A stretch of 64,000 nucleotides of DNA, taken from Eledone cirrhosa (Eukaryota). Numbering within the stretch: the stretch's first letter is position 1; the number at the start of each line of letters is the position of its first letter. The stretch is taken from assembly GCA_964016885.1 (NCBI GenBank), contig OZ024757.1, positions 19,902,001 through 19,966,000 on the forward strand, given 5' to 3'. The notes below the pieces were generated by a model. The model searched no databases. It saw nothing but the letters and a program-made list of their open reading frames with translations, and was not told the origin of the DNA. Of this stretch, positions 1 to 14,224 are shown piece after piece. The position numbers were made by a program, and so were the translations under genes.

Positions 1-58
<58 letters not shown>

Positions 59-1079
59 GTGTATTTTAAGCAGCATTTAGCAGAAATTAAACTAGATAGA
101 TAAAACAAAATTGTTTTAAAGACATATTAGCGACATAATTTATAATTAATGCTTTCAATTTTGTGTTGGCAAACAATAAATATATATATATATATATTTA
201 TTTATTTGTCTATTTCTGACAACAAAACTGCTAACTGAGAAGGACAGAATAAGGAAGGAATATAGCACAAAAAATATCAAAAAAAAACAAAAACATATCT
301 TAGCAAACTAAAGGAATATAATGAAAGTATTACCATACTATCATAAGATAGTATAGCAATACTATACTATCGTCATATAGTATACTAGGAAGGAGCTATA
401 TCACTTTTCAACAGTATGCAACCATTTATATTATTTTGGCTTCCATTTGCAAAAAAATAGAATATGTTCTTAATCTTCTTGCTAATGATATTTATTCCCT
501 GTGTATATATGTGTGTATATATATATATATTCATGTGTGTATATATATATATATATACATTAAATATATTTAATGATTTAGCTAAAATAGTATCTAGTCA
601 GAAAAATAGAAGTCAACAATACGTATATATACATGTTTGTGTATATATATATATATATACACTCACTCATATATGTGAGTGAGTATAGCTAAATTTTGAA
701 TATATATATATATATATATATATTATCACTCACACATGTAAGTGTATATATACACATATATATATATATACTCACACATGCATGTGTATTTATATATGTA
801 TATACACAGGCATATGTGAGTGAATATATAAATATGTATATATATACTCACTCACACGGATACATGTGTTTACATATACACGTGTGTGTGTATATATATA
901 TATAATCAAATAATCAATTTATATACAGACAAACAAAAATTAATATCAACAAAACAAACAAAACATCAGCAGATTTCTTGAAAAAAAAACAACACAATGA
1001 AAAAAAAAAGAAAAAAGAAAATTGCTGGTTTAATTGCTGCTTTCTTTCTTTCTTTCTTTCTATCTATCTACTGAATGTT

Positions 1080-1145
1080 TTACACACATTCGTATTCTTT
1101 TCTGATAGCATGGGCCAGACAGCACGCAAATACTATACCGATGAT
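1080..1145 (-). CDS. CD63: CD63-like tetraspanin last coding exon: IIGIVFACCLAHAIRKEYECV*
   Basis: 66 nt after tttcgtttcAG, stop TAA at 1082-1080. ACCL palmitoylation cysteines and a terminal YxxPhi (YECV) comparable to the GYEVM of CD63. Confidence 0.92.
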   Translation of the reverse strand: MIGIVFACCLAHAIRKEYECV

Positions 1146-1234
1146 CTGAAACGAAACAATAGGACAATAGGTTTAACCCTTTTCAATATGTAGCCATCAA
1201 ACAAGCAAAAAAACCCCTGAAACTAACCCTCGTT

Positions 1235-4200
1235 CTACGGTACAAAACTCACCCTGCCTGGTTTTATGATAGAAAACTGGACATGGTTCTACGATACAAA
1301 ATTACCCCTGGTTTATGATATAAAACTGAGCCTGTTTCTATAGTACAAAACTAGCCCAGGTTTTATGATATAAAACTGAGCCTGGTTCTATAGTACAAAA
1401 CTAGCCCTGGTTTTATGATATAAAACTGAGCCTGGTTCTATAGTACAAAACTAGCCCAAGTTTTATGATAGAAAACTGGCCATGGTTCTGGGGTACAAAA
1501 CTAGCCCAGGTTTTATGATATAAAACTGAGCCTGGTTCTAAAGTACAAAACTAGCCCAAGTTTTATGATATAAAACTGAGCCTGGTTCTGGGGTACAAAA
1601 CTAGCCCAGGTTTTATGATAGAAAACTGGCCATGGTTCTGGGGTACAAAACTAGCCCAGGTTTTATGATAGAAAACTGGCCATGGTTCTGGGGTACAAAA
1701 CTAGCCCAGGTTTTATGATATAAAACTGAGCCTGGTTCTAAAGTACAAAACTGGCCATGGTTCTGGGGTACAAAACTAGCCCAGGTTTTATGATATAAAA
1801 CTGAGCCTGGTTCTAAAGTACAAAACTGGCCATGGTTCTGGGGTACAAAACTAGCCCAGGTTTTATGATATAAAACTGAGCCTGGTTCTAAAGTACAAAA
1901 CTGGCCATGGTTCTGGGGTACAAAACTAGCCCAGGTTTTATGATATAAAACTGAGCCTGGTTCTAAAGTACAAAACTGGCCATGGTTCTGGGGTACAAAA
2001 CTAGCCCAGGTTTTATGATATAAAACTGAGCCTGGTTCTAAAGTACAAAACTAGCCCAAGTTTTATTATAAAAAACTGGCCATGGTTCTGGGGTACAAAA
2101 CTAGCCCAGGTTTTATGATATAAAACTGAGCCTGGTTCTGTGGTACAAAACTAGCCCAGGTTTTATGATAGAAAACTGACCATGGTTCTGGGGTACAAAA
2201 CTAGCCCAGGTTTTATGATAGAAAACTGGCCATGGTTCTGGGGTACAAAACTAGTCCAGGTTTTATGATAGAAAACTGGCCATGGTTCTGGGGTACAAAA
2301 CTAGCCCAGGTTTTATGATATAAAACTGAGCCTAGTTCTAAAGTACAAAACTGGCCATGGTTCTGGGGTACAAAACTAGCCCAGGTTTTATGATATAAAA
2401 CTGAGCCTGGTTCTAAAGTACAAAACTGGCCACGGTTCTGGGGTACAAAACTAGCCCAGGTTTTATGATATAAAACTGAGCCTGGTTCTAAAGTACAAAA
2501 CTGGCCATGGTTCTGGGGTACAAAACTAGCCCAGGTTTTATGATATAAAACTGAGCCTGGTTCTAAAGTACAAAACTGGCCATGGTTCTGGGGTACAAAA
2601 CTAGCCCAGGTTTTATGATATAAAACTGAGCCTGGTTCTAAAGTACAAAACTAGCCCAAGTTTTATGATAAAAAACTGGCCATGGTTCTGGGGTACAAAA
2701 CTAGCCCAGGTTTTATGATATAAAACTGAGCCTGGTTCTGTGGTACAAAACTAGCCCAGGTTTTATGATAGAAAACTGACCATGGTTCTGGGGTACAAAA
2801 CTAGCCCAGGTTTTATGATAGAAAACTGGCCATGGTTCTGGGGTACAAAACTAGCCCAGGTTTTATGATAGAAAACTGGCCATGGTTCTGGGGTACAAAA
2901 CTAGCCCAGGTTTTATGATAGAAAACTGGCCATGGTTCTGGGGTACAAAACTAGCCCAGGTTTTATGATATAAAACTGAGCTTGGTTCTAAAGTACAAAA
3001 CTGGCCACGGTTCTGGGGTACAAAACTAGCCCAGGTTTTATGATATAAAACTGAGCCTGGTTCTAAAGTACAAAACTAGCCCAAGTTTTATGATAAAAAA
3101 CTGGCCATGGTTCTGGGGTACAAAACTAGCCCAGGTTTTATGATATAAAACTGAGCCTGGTTCTATAGTACAAAACTCGCCCAGGTTTTATGATAGAAAA
3201 CTGGCCATGGTTCTGGGTTACAAAACTAGCCCAGGTTTTATGATATAAAACTGAGCCTGGTTCTAAAGTACAAAACTAGCCCAGGTTTTATGATAAAAAA
3301 CTGGCCATGGTTCTGGGGTACAAAACTAGCCCAGGTTTTATGATATAAAACTGAGCCTGGTTCTATAGTACAAAACTAGCCCTGGTTTTATGATATAAAA
3401 CTGAGCCTGGTTCTAAAGTACAAAACTAGCCCAAGTTTTATGATAAAAAACTGGCCATGGTTCTGGGGTACAAAACTAGCCCAGGTTTTATGATATAAAA
3501 CTGAGCCTGGTTCTAAAGTACAAAACTAGCCATGGTTCTGGGGTACAAAACTAGCCCAGGTTTTATGATATAAAACTGAGCCTGGTTCTAAAGTACAAAA
3601 CTGGCCATGGTTCTGGGGTACAAAACTAGCCCAGGTTTTATGATATAAAACTGAGCCTGGTTCTATAGTACAAAACTAGCCCAGGTTTTATGATAGAAAA
3701 CTGGCCATGGTTCTATAGTACAAAACTAGCCCTGGTTTTATGATATAAAACTGAGCCTGGTTCTATAGTACAAAACTAACCCAAGTTTTATGATAGAAAA
3801 CTGGCCATGGTTCTGGGGTACAAAACTAGCCCAGGTTTTATGATATAAAACTGAGCCTGGTTCTAAAGTACAAAACTAGCCCAAGTTTTATGATATAAAA
3901 CTGAGCCTGGTTCTGGGGTACAAAACTAGCCCAGGTTTTATGATAGAAAACTGGCCATGGTTCTGGGGTACAAAACTAGCCCAGGTTTTATGATATAAAA
4001 CTGAGCCTGGTTCTAAAGTACAAAACTGGCCATGGTTCTGGGGTACAAAACTAGCCCAGGTTTTATGATATAAAACTGAGCCTGGTTCTAAAGTACAAAA
4101 CTAGCCCAAGTTTTATGATAAAAAACTGGCCATGGTTCTGGGGTACAAAACTAGCCCAGGTTTTATGATATAAAACTGAGCCTGGTTCTGTGGTACAAAA

Positions 4201-5907
4201 CTAGCCCAGGTTTTATGATAGAAAACTGACCATGGTTCTGGGGTACAAAACTAGCCCAGGTTTTATGATAGAAAACTGGCCATGGTTCTGGGGTACAAAA
4301 CTAGCCCAGGTTTTATGATAGAAAACTGGCCATGGTTCTGGGGTACAAAACTAGCCCAGGTTTTATGATATAAAACTGAGCCTGGTTCTAAAGTACAAAA
4401 CTGGCCATGGTTCTGGGGTACAAAACTAGCCCAGGTTTTATGATATAAAACTGAGCCTGGTTCTAAAGTACAAAACTGGCCACGGTTCTGGGGTACAAAA
4501 CTAGCCCAGGTTTTATGATATAAAACTGAGCCTGGTTCTAAAGTACAAAACTGGCCATGGTTCTGGGGTACAAAACTAGCCCAGGTTTTATGATATAAAA
4601 CTGAGCCTGGGTCTAAAGTACAAAACTAGCCCAAGTTTTATGATAAAAAACTGGCCATGGTTCTGGGGTACAAAACTAGCCCAGGTTTTATGATATAAAA
4701 CTGAGCCTGGTTCTAAAGTACAAAACTAGCCCAAGTTTTATGATAAAAAACTGGCCATGGTTCTGGGGTACAAAACTAGCCCAGGTTTTATGATATAAAA
4801 CTGAGCCTGGTTCTGTGGTACAAAACTAGCCCAGGTTTTATGATAGAAAACTGACCATGGTTCTGGGGTACAAAACTAGCCCAGGTTTTATGATAGAAAA
4901 CTGGCCATGGTTCTGGGGTACAAAACTAGCCCAGGTTTTATGATAGAAAACTGGCCATGGTTCTGGGGTACAAAACTAGCCCAGGTTTTATGATATAAAA
5001 CTGAGCCTGGTTCTAAAGTACAAAACTGGCCATGGTTCTGGGGTACAAAACTAGCCCAGGTTTTATGATATAAAACTGAGCCTGGTTCTAAAGTACAAAA
5101 CTGGCCACGGTTCTGGGGTACAAAACTAGCCCAGGTTTTATGATATAAAACTGAGCCTGGTTCTAAAGTACAAAACTAGCCCAAGTTTTATGATAAAAAA
5201 CTGGCCATGGTTCTGGGGTACAAAACTAGCCCAGGTTTTATGATATAAAACTGAGCCTGGTTCTAAAGTACAAAACTAGCCATGGTTCTGGGGGTACAAA
5301 ACTAGCCCAGGTTTTATGATATAAAACTGAGCCTGGTTCTAAAGTACAAAACTGGCCATGGTTCTGGGGTACAAAACTAGCCCAGGTTTTATGATATAAA
5401 ACTGAGCCTGGTTCTAAAGTACAAAACTAGCCCAAGTTTTATGATAAAAAACTGGCCATGGTTCTGGGGTACAAAACTAGCCCAGGTTTTATGATATAAA
5501 ACTGAGCCTGGTTCTAAAGTACAAAACTAGCCCAAGTTTTATGATAAAAAAACTGGCCATGGTTCTGGGGTACAAAACTAGCCCAGGTTTTATGATATAA
5601 AACTGAGCCTGGTTCTATAGTACAAAACTAGCCCTGGTTTTATGATATAAAACTGAGCCTGGTTCTAAAGTACAAAACTAGCCCAAGTTTTATGATAAAA
5701 AACTGGCCATGGTTCTGGGGTACAAAACTAGCCCAGGTTTTATGATATAAAACTGAGCCTGGTTCTAAAGTACAAAACTAGCCCAGGTTTTATGATATAA
5801 AACTGAGCCTGGTTCTATAGTACAAAACTAGCCCAAGTTTTATGATAGAAAACTGGCCATGGTTCTGGGTACAAAACTAGCCCAAGTTTTATGATAGAAA
5901 ACTGGCT
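1235..5907. repeat. 25-bp-monomer satellite (50/75-bp dimers and trimers) filling the last intron
   Basis: Three monomer variants (aaaactagcccaggttttatgatat / aaaactgagcctggttctaaagtac / aaaactggccatggttctggggtac) repeated over ~4.7 kb. Confidence 0.95.
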
Positions 5908-5961
5908 TTTATAGGATAAAAGTCAAAAGACAGAGAAAAATATTCCGTTGAAAAAACTTAC

Positions 5962-6045
5962 CTGAATACAAGCCAGAGCGATACCGACTGCAGCAATCTT
6001 TGCCAAATTCTGCTTACCCCACTCACTGAATGCATCTCCACAACC
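5962..6045 (-). CDS. CD63: CD63-like tetraspanin exon 6 (GC motif, start of TM4): GCGDAFSEWGKQNLAKIAAVGIALACIQ
   Basis: 84 nt, tttttAG...GTAAGT. Conserved GC completes the six-cysteine EC2; TM4 ends in Q. Confidence 0.92.
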
Positions 6046-6204
6046 CTAAAAACGAAAACAAGACCATTATTAATAACAGTGTTTGTTACATAGCATATTG
6101 CACTGCATGTAGTAAGTATGCCTGTAGAATGTGAGCTGCTAATTTAAAGAGAAAATTTCTTCCAATAACAAAAATGAATAGATATATATACAGTAGAATA
6201 AGGC

Positions 6205-6350
6205 CATGAAAAACATGGGTGGAGGTGGTGAGAGCAGACCTCAGATCGCTGAAGCTGACGGAGGAGATGACAAGTGGAGAGATGCTGTGCTGAATAGAAC
6301 CCATCCCACCCTTGCAAGCAGGGAAAAGCGGACATAAAATGATGATGATA
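6205..6350 (+). mobile_element. RTE LINE 3' end fragment
   Basis: Matches 43145-43310 (GRP.KTW...RTDL...W.DAV), followed by the cccttgcaagcaggg...(gat)n tail. Confidence 0.75.
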
Positions 6351-6539
6351 TAACCGGTAAACAGAAATAACAATACAATCGGTACAGTATATAGAGGGGT
6401 ATATTAGGTTAACACTTAAATCAAAATAAAATCATCATATCCATTGTTTCCTAAAAGCTCAATGAAAATTCGATACAAAAAATATATTTCAGAACATACA
6501 TATATGTGTGAGCTTGTGTGTTTTTGCACAACCACATGT

Positions 6540-8063
6540 GTGAATGCAAGTACATCTGAGATAAGATCCAACCACCTCTCACCAGGATCTCAGCAGTCTC
6601 ACTACATGTCTTACCACTAGACCATCAAGACTGCCTTACAAGCACTGCGAAAATTGATCCTTATAAACCAACTTTTCAATTTAATGGTTAAAAGGAATGA
6701 CAGCACAACATCAACTCTAACTGAGATTGAACTTTAAATCAAGATCTCAGCAATTCTTATCTTACCACTAGACCACCAAGACTGCGTTGAAAGTACACTG
6801 AAAATTAATTTACTTAAAATTAATTAACTGATGAGTGTGGAAAGTAAGTTTATTAAGATTAATTTTCACAGTATTTTCAAGTAAGTTTATATAAATTAAT
6901 TTTCAGTAGACACCCAAGACTGTCTTGGTGGTCTAATGGTAAGACATCTTCTGAGATGGTTGACACTTTTATTTAGGGTTCGATCTTGGTTTAGGTTGGT
7001 ATTTGGTTGACAATTTTTTAACATGTAGTTGGAAGATTTAAAAAAAAAAAAAATCAAGTCAGTACTATTTGAAACTGAACCTTAGCTCAAGTTCATAGCA
7101 ATCCCACAAGTTGTCTTACCACTAGACCACCAAGACCACCTTCAAATTACTACAAAAATTAATTTATATAAACTTACCTGAAAAAAAACTGTGAAAATTA
7201 ATCTATATAAAATTAATTAACTGATAAGTGAGGAAAGTAAGTTTATATAAATTAATTTTCACTGCAATTTCAAGGTAGTCTCAGTGGTCTAGTGGTAAAA
7301 CATGGTGACTGATGGTTGAGACCTTGATTTGGGGTTCAATCTTGGCTAAGGTTGATATTTGATTGTCAATTTTTTTAACATGTAGTTGGAAGAGTTAAAA
7401 AAAACAAAGATCAAGTCAGTACTATTTGAAACTGAACCTTAGATCAAGTTCCTAGCAATCTCACAACATGTCTTACCACTAGACCACCAAGACTGCTTTA
7501 AAAATACTGTGAAAATTAATTTATATAAACTTACCTGAAAAAAAAAACTGAAAATTAATCTATTTAAAATTAATTAACTGATAAGTGAGGAAAGTAAGTT
7601 TATATAAATTAATTTTCACTGCAATTTCAAGGTAGTCTTGGTGGTCTAGTGGTAAAACATGCTGACTGATGGTTGAGACCTTGATTTGGGGTTCAATCTT
7701 GGCTAAGGTTGATATTTGATTGTCAATTTTTTAACATGTAGTTGGAAGAGTTAAAAAAAAAAAAAATCAAGTTAACACTATTTGAAACTGAACCTTAGAT
7801 CAAGTTCCTAGCAATCCTACAAGGTGTCTTACCACTAGACCACAAAGACTGCCTTAAAAATCCTGTGAAAATTAATTTATATAAACTTATTTGAAAGAAC
7901 TGTGAAAATAACTCAAGATAAAATTAACTTAAAATTGAAAAGTAAATTTATAAAGATTAATTTTCACTGCACTTTCAAGGCAGTCTCGGTGGTCTAGTGG
8001 TAAGACATGTAGTGAGACTGGAGAGACCCTGGTTGTAGGTTCAGTCTCAGCCTGTTCTTAGTT

Positions 8064-8095
<32 letters not shown>

Positions 8096-11000
8096 CGCAC
8101 TAGCAAATGCAAACACATGTTCACACAGACACTCATAGTTGCATAAGCTCTCACATAAAAACACAGACATATGCAGACACACTTTCACATACAGACAATA
8201 CACATGCAAACACACTTTCACATACAGACACGCCTACACAGACAGACAAGAACACGCCTACACATACAGACACACCTACAAATACAGACAAGAACACACA
8301 TACACACACACTCTCACAGACAAGAACACAATTACGCACACAGACTCTCACATACATACACACACGCATACAGACATGCACCCACATACAGACATGCAAG
8401 CACACAGGCATACATGCATCCACAGACAGACACAGGGACCCACATACAGACATGGCACCACACATGTTGGCTAGACCTTGATTTAGGGTTCAATCTAGGG
8501 TTGGTGTAATGCTGCCATTTTTTAAACAATTAAATTGAAAAGTAAGTATATAAGGATTAATTTTCACTGTACCTATAGGGCAGTTTCGGTGGTCTAGTGG
8601 TAAGACATGTAGTGAAACTGCCGAGACCCTGGTTGGAGGTTAGAGGTTCGATCTCAGCCTAGTTCTTAGTTCACACACTGACACACACACATAGTTGCAT
8701 ACACTCTCACATGAACACACACTGACACACACACACAGTTACACACACCCTCACATGAACACACACTGACACACACATAGTTGCATACACTCTCACATGC
8801 ACGCATACACTCAGACACATACACAGACATACTCACACATGCAGACACGCACACAAACAGGTGCATACACATATACACTCAGACATACGAACACACACAC
8901 ATACGCAGGCAAACGTACGTGGCCACACACTGACACACACATAGTTGCATACACTCAGACACACACATACGCAGGCACACACAGTTGCATACACACTCAG
9001 ACACACACAGGCACACGTACGTGGCCTGGGCTTAAAAAGGTGGGGTTTTACTAAACTTTTTTATAAAATTAATATAAGTATATAAGTAAGTTTTTTTTTT
9101 TATAAAAAAGTTTAGTAAAACCCCACCTTTTTAAGCCCAGGCCACGTACGTGTGCCTGTGTATGTGTGTGTCTGAGTGTATGCAACTGTGTGTGTGTCAG
9201 TGTGTGGCCAGGTACGTGTGCCTGCGTATGTGTGTGTCTGAGTGTATGCAACTGTGTGTGTGTGTGTGTCAGTGTGTGGCCACGTACGTGTGCCTGCGTA
9301 TGTGTGTGTGTTCGTATGTCTGAGTGTATATGTGTATGCACCTGTTTGTGTGCGTGTCTGCATGTGTGAGTATGTCTGTGTATGCAGCTGTGTGTGTTCA
9401 TGTGAGAGTGTATGCAACTATGTGTGTGTCAGTGTGTGTGTCAGTGTGTGTTCATGTGGGAGTGTATGCAACTATGTGTGTGTGTCAGTGTGTGAACTAA
9501 GAACTAGGCTGAGATCGAACCTCGAACCTCCAACCAGGGTCTCGGCAGTTTCACTACATGTCTTACCACTAGACCACCGAAACTGCCCTATAGGTACAGT
9601 GAAAATTAATCCTTATATACTTACTTTTCAATTTAATTGTTTAAAAAATGGCATCATTACACCAACCCTAGATCAAGGTCTAGCCAACATGTGTGGGCCC
9701 CTGTGGTTGTCTGGATGCATGTATGCCTGTGTGTGCGTATGTCTGTGAATGCATACCTCTATATGAGATCGTCTGTGAGTGTAAGTGCATTCTTGTCTGT
9801 CTAGGTGTGTCTGTAAGTGTGTTTTTGTCTGTCTGCATAGGTATGTGTGTGCGTGTGTATGTATGTGAAAGTGTGTCTGTGTAGGTGTGTCTGTATCTGA
9901 AAGTGCGTCTGCATGTGTAGGTGTGTTCTTGTCTGTCTGTGTAGGTGTGTCTGTGTGTTTTTATGTGAGTGTCTGTGTGAACATGTGTTTTCATCTGCTA
10001 GTGTGTGCACCTGTGTGTGTGTGTGTGTGTGTGTGCGTGAACTAAGAACAGGCTGAGACTGAACCTACAACCAGGGTCTCTCCAGTCTCACTATATGTCT
10101 TACCACTAGACCACCGAGACTGCCTTGAAAGTACAGTGAAAATTAATCTTTATAAATTTACTTTTCAATTTTAAGTTAATTTTATCTTGAGTTATTTTCA
10201 CAGTTCTTTCAAATAAGTTTATATAAATTAATTTTCACAGGATTTTTAAGGCAGTCTTTGTGGTCTAGTGGTAAGACACTTTGTGGGATTGCTAGGAACT
10301 TGATCTAAGGTTCAGTTTCAAATAGTATTAACTTGATTTTTTTTTTTTTAACTCTTCCAACTACATGTTAAAAAATTGACAATCAAATATCAACCTTAGC
10401 CAAGATTGAACCCCAAATCAAGGTCTCAACCATCAGTCACCATGCTTTACCACTAGACCACTGAGACTACCTTGAAATTACAGTGAAAATTAATTTATAT
10501 AAACTTACTTTCCTCACTTATCAGTTAATTAATTTTAAATAGATTAATTTTCAGTTTTTTTTTTCAGGTAAGTTTATATAAATTAATTTTCATAGCAATT
10601 TTAATGCGGTCTTGGTGGTCTAGTGGTAAGACACCTTGTGGTATTGCTAGGAACTTGATCTAAGGTTCAGTTTCTAATAGTATTAACTTGATTTTTTTTT
10701 TTTTTAACTCTTCCAACTACATGTTAAAAAATTGTCAACCAAATATCAACCTTAGCCAAGATTGAACTCCAAATCAAGGTCTCAACCATCAGTCAACATG
10801 TTTTACCACTAGACCACCAAGACTAGTTTGACATAGCAGTGAAAATTAATTTATATAAACTTACTTCCCCTACTTATCAGTTAATTAATTTTATATAGAT
10901 TAATTTTCAAAATTTATTTTTCAGGTAAGTTTATATAAATTAATTTTCATTCTACTGAGAAGGCAGTCTTGGTGGTCTAGTGGTAAGTCAACGTAGGAAC

Positions 11001-13300
11001 TTGATCTAACATTCAGTTTCAAATAGTACTGACTTGATTTTTTTTTTTTAACTCATCCAACTTCAGACCACCGAGACTGCCTTAAAAATACTGGGAAAAT
11101 TAATTTATATAAACTTACTTTCCTCACTTATCAGTTAATTAATTTTATATAGATTAATTTTCACAGTTTTTTTTCAGGTAAGTTTATATAAATTAATTAT
11201 CGTAGTAATTTTAAGGTGGTCTTGGTGGTATAGTGGTAAGACACCTTGTGAGATTGCTATGAACTTGAGCTAAGGTTCAGTTTCAAATAGTACTGCCGTG
11301 CTTGATTTTTTTTTTTTTAACTCTTCCAACTACATGTTAAAAAATTGTCAACCAAATATCAACCTTAGCCAAGATTGAACACCAAATAAAGGTCTCAACC
11401 ATCAGTTACTATGTCTTACCACTAGACCACCGAGAATGCCTTGAAATATCAGTGAAAATTATTTTATATAAACTTACTTTCCTCACTTATCAGTTAATTA
11501 ATTTTAAATAGATTAATTTTCAGTTTTTTTTTCAGGTAAGTTTATATAAATTAATTTTCACAGTATTTTTAAAGCAGTCTTGGTGGTCCAGTGGTAAGAC
11601 AACTTGATCTGGGATTCAGTTTCAGATAGTGTGGTTGTTATGTTGAAACCTTACATTTGTGTTAAAAAAATTTGTCAAAGAAATATCAACCTTAGCCAAG
11701 TTCATTAATTTTCAGTATTTTCAATTAAGTTTATATAAATTAATTTTCACAGCAGTCACTGTGGTTGATTGTAAGATGTGAGATTGCTGAGACCTAGCTT
11801 TAGGGTTCAATCCCTGCTAGGGTTGGTGTAAAGCTGCCACTTATTTTTTTTTAACAAATTGAAAAAGTAAGTTTATAAAGCTTAATTTTCAGTGTACTTT
11901 CGACTCAGTTTTGATGTGAGCGAGCCATGTACTGAGTTTACTGAGATCCTGGTTGGGGGGGGTTTGCTCTCAGACTGGTTCTTGACTCACAGACTCATGC
12001 TTGCACCCAAGCACACATACGTGGCCTGGATCTAAAGAGGTAGGGTTTTACTAAACCTTTTCCCTTTTTATTTCATTGAAGTAGAAAAATGTTAAACAAA
12101 ATAAAAAGTGAAAAAGTTTAGTAAAACCCCACCCCTTTAGATCCAGGCCACGTACATGTACACGTGGGTACACCTGTGGGGTGTGACTGTGCGGGTGCAT
12201 GCCAGCATCTGCATCCGAGCGTATGTGGATGAGAGTGTATCTGTGTGCAAGTGAGAATGTATGTGTGAGCTTGTGTTCGAGTGTGTGTCTGTGTGTAAGT
12301 GCATGTGAGAACATGTGTTAGCTTGTGTCCGAGTCTGTATGTGCATGAGTGTGTGAGCATGTGTCCGAGTGTGTGTATGTGCAGGAGTGTGTGTGTGTGC
12401 AAGTGCATGTGAGAATGTATCTGTGTGAGCTTGTGTCCGAGAGTGTGTGTGTGTGTGTACGTATCTGTGAGCTTGTGTCCGAGTGTGGGTATGTGCATGA
12501 GTGTGTCTGTGTGAGCATGTGTCCGAGTGTGTATGTGCATGAGTGTGTGTGTGTGTGCGTGAGAACGTATCTGTGAGCTTGTGTCTGAGTGTGTGTCTGT
12601 GTGAGCACGTGTCCGAGTGTGTGTATGTGCAAGTGCATGTGAGAACGCATGTGTGAGCTTGTGTCCGAGTGTGGGTATGTGCATGAGTGTGTGTGTGTGT
12701 AAGTGCATGTGAGAACGTATGTGTGAGCTTGTGTCCGAGTGTGTGTCTGTGTGAACATGTGTCCGAGTGTGTGTATGTGCATGAGTGTGTGTCTGTGTGA
12801 GCTGTGTCTGAGTGTTTGAGCATGTGTGTCTGTAAGTTAAGAACCAGGCTCAGAGTGAACCCCTAACCAAGTTCTCAGAAGCCAAGAGTAATTTTCACAT
12901 TACTTTCATGTAAGTTTATATGAATTAATTTTCATAAGACTTTCAATACAGTCTTCGTGGTCGAGTGGTAAGACATCTTGGTAGAGCATTAAGACCTTGA
13001 TTTAGGGTTCAATCTCGGCTATGATTAATATCTTTATGTCAACCAAATAACCTAATTTTATATAGGTTAGTTTCCACTATAATTTTAAGGTGGTCCTGTT
13101 GGCCTAGTGGTACGGTGTGTTGTGAGTCTGAGAAGATCCTTGTCAGAAGTTCAATCTCAGCCTAGATCATTAAGAGGTTAATGGCTTAATGTTTTTTTTT
13201 TTACTTTTTATTTCATCTAAAATTTAAAACTTTAATCAGAACCCCTATATATATATATATAGATCCAGACTGAGGTTAAACATTCAACCAGGATCTCTGC
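6540..13300. mobile_element. Foldback-like modular inverted-repeat element made of tRNA-like A/B-box units
   Basis: Arms ~7000-9068 and ~9101-11600 are reverse complements. Subunit ~357 bp. A second palindrome centre lies at ~12085. Motif ggtggtctagtggtaagac recurs on both strands. Confidence 0.7.
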
Positions 13301-13359
13301 AGTTTTGTAATTAATTGATATAAAACTACTTTCAGTACCAGTTAATAGTATGTGTGCGC

Positions 13360-13417
<58 letters not shown>

Positions 13418-14224
13418 AAAAAAAAAAAAAAAAAAAAGCCTACATTTTTGAAGCTATTTCACACAAGTCAATCATCCACACACACACCACACACTTTTGC
13501 TCTTATACACTCAGGGCTGATTTGAACATGCAACACTTTGATTTGCAGTTTGGTTGTCCTTCTTGTATAAAGGAAAAACAAAATATAGAGTAATGAAAAT
13601 GCTAAAGGGTTAAACTGTATGGCCGAGATTTTGTTGACAGGATCTAGCTGGAACTCCTTAAAAAGCTATAAATCAAATTAATGTTTTTCATGTTACCAAA
13701 TGTCTTCCTATTTTAAAAGAAATAAATGCTTTTAATTTTTTTTTTTTTAAATATATTTAAATCCACACCCACAAATTGCTATATTTCAGTTTCAGAAGAT
13801 CATCTAGAATTTGCCTAAACTCATAATACATATAATATAACATATATATATAATGTAACATATATAAAATATATATATAGATATATATGTATGTGTAATA
13901 TATAAAATATAATATATAAAATATAATATATATATATAGAATATATCTATATAAAATATATATGTAATATATATCATCATCATCATCGTTTTACGTCTGT
14001 TCTTCCACGCTAGCATGGGTTAGACGGGTCGTCTTGTTGTGGGCAGTGTCCGGTTGGCTGACCTTGTCTTGCTCATACGGGAACTGATTCTGGCTTGATT
14101 TCTACAGCTGGATGCCCTTCCTTACACCAACCTCATTTACAGTGAGTGCTGGGTGCTTCTTTTCCATGGCACCTACACGGCCACTTTGTAGTGGGAGGGT
14201 GTGGGGGCATATTGTCTATATGCT

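Noticed and set aside
1235-5907. CRISPR-like regular repeats (also 34546-35645 and 52158-53400)
   Set aside because: No unique spacers and no cas genes; head-to-tail eukaryotic satellites.
7980-8060. Possible true tRNA genes in the foldback modules and SINE heads
   Set aside because: Only A/B-box similarity; I could not form a complete cloverleaf or acceptor stem.
13490-13570. Cys-rich minus-strand peptide (NCKSKCCMF) as an alternative EC2 exon
   Set aside because: No CCG motif, early stop codon, no convincing splice sites.
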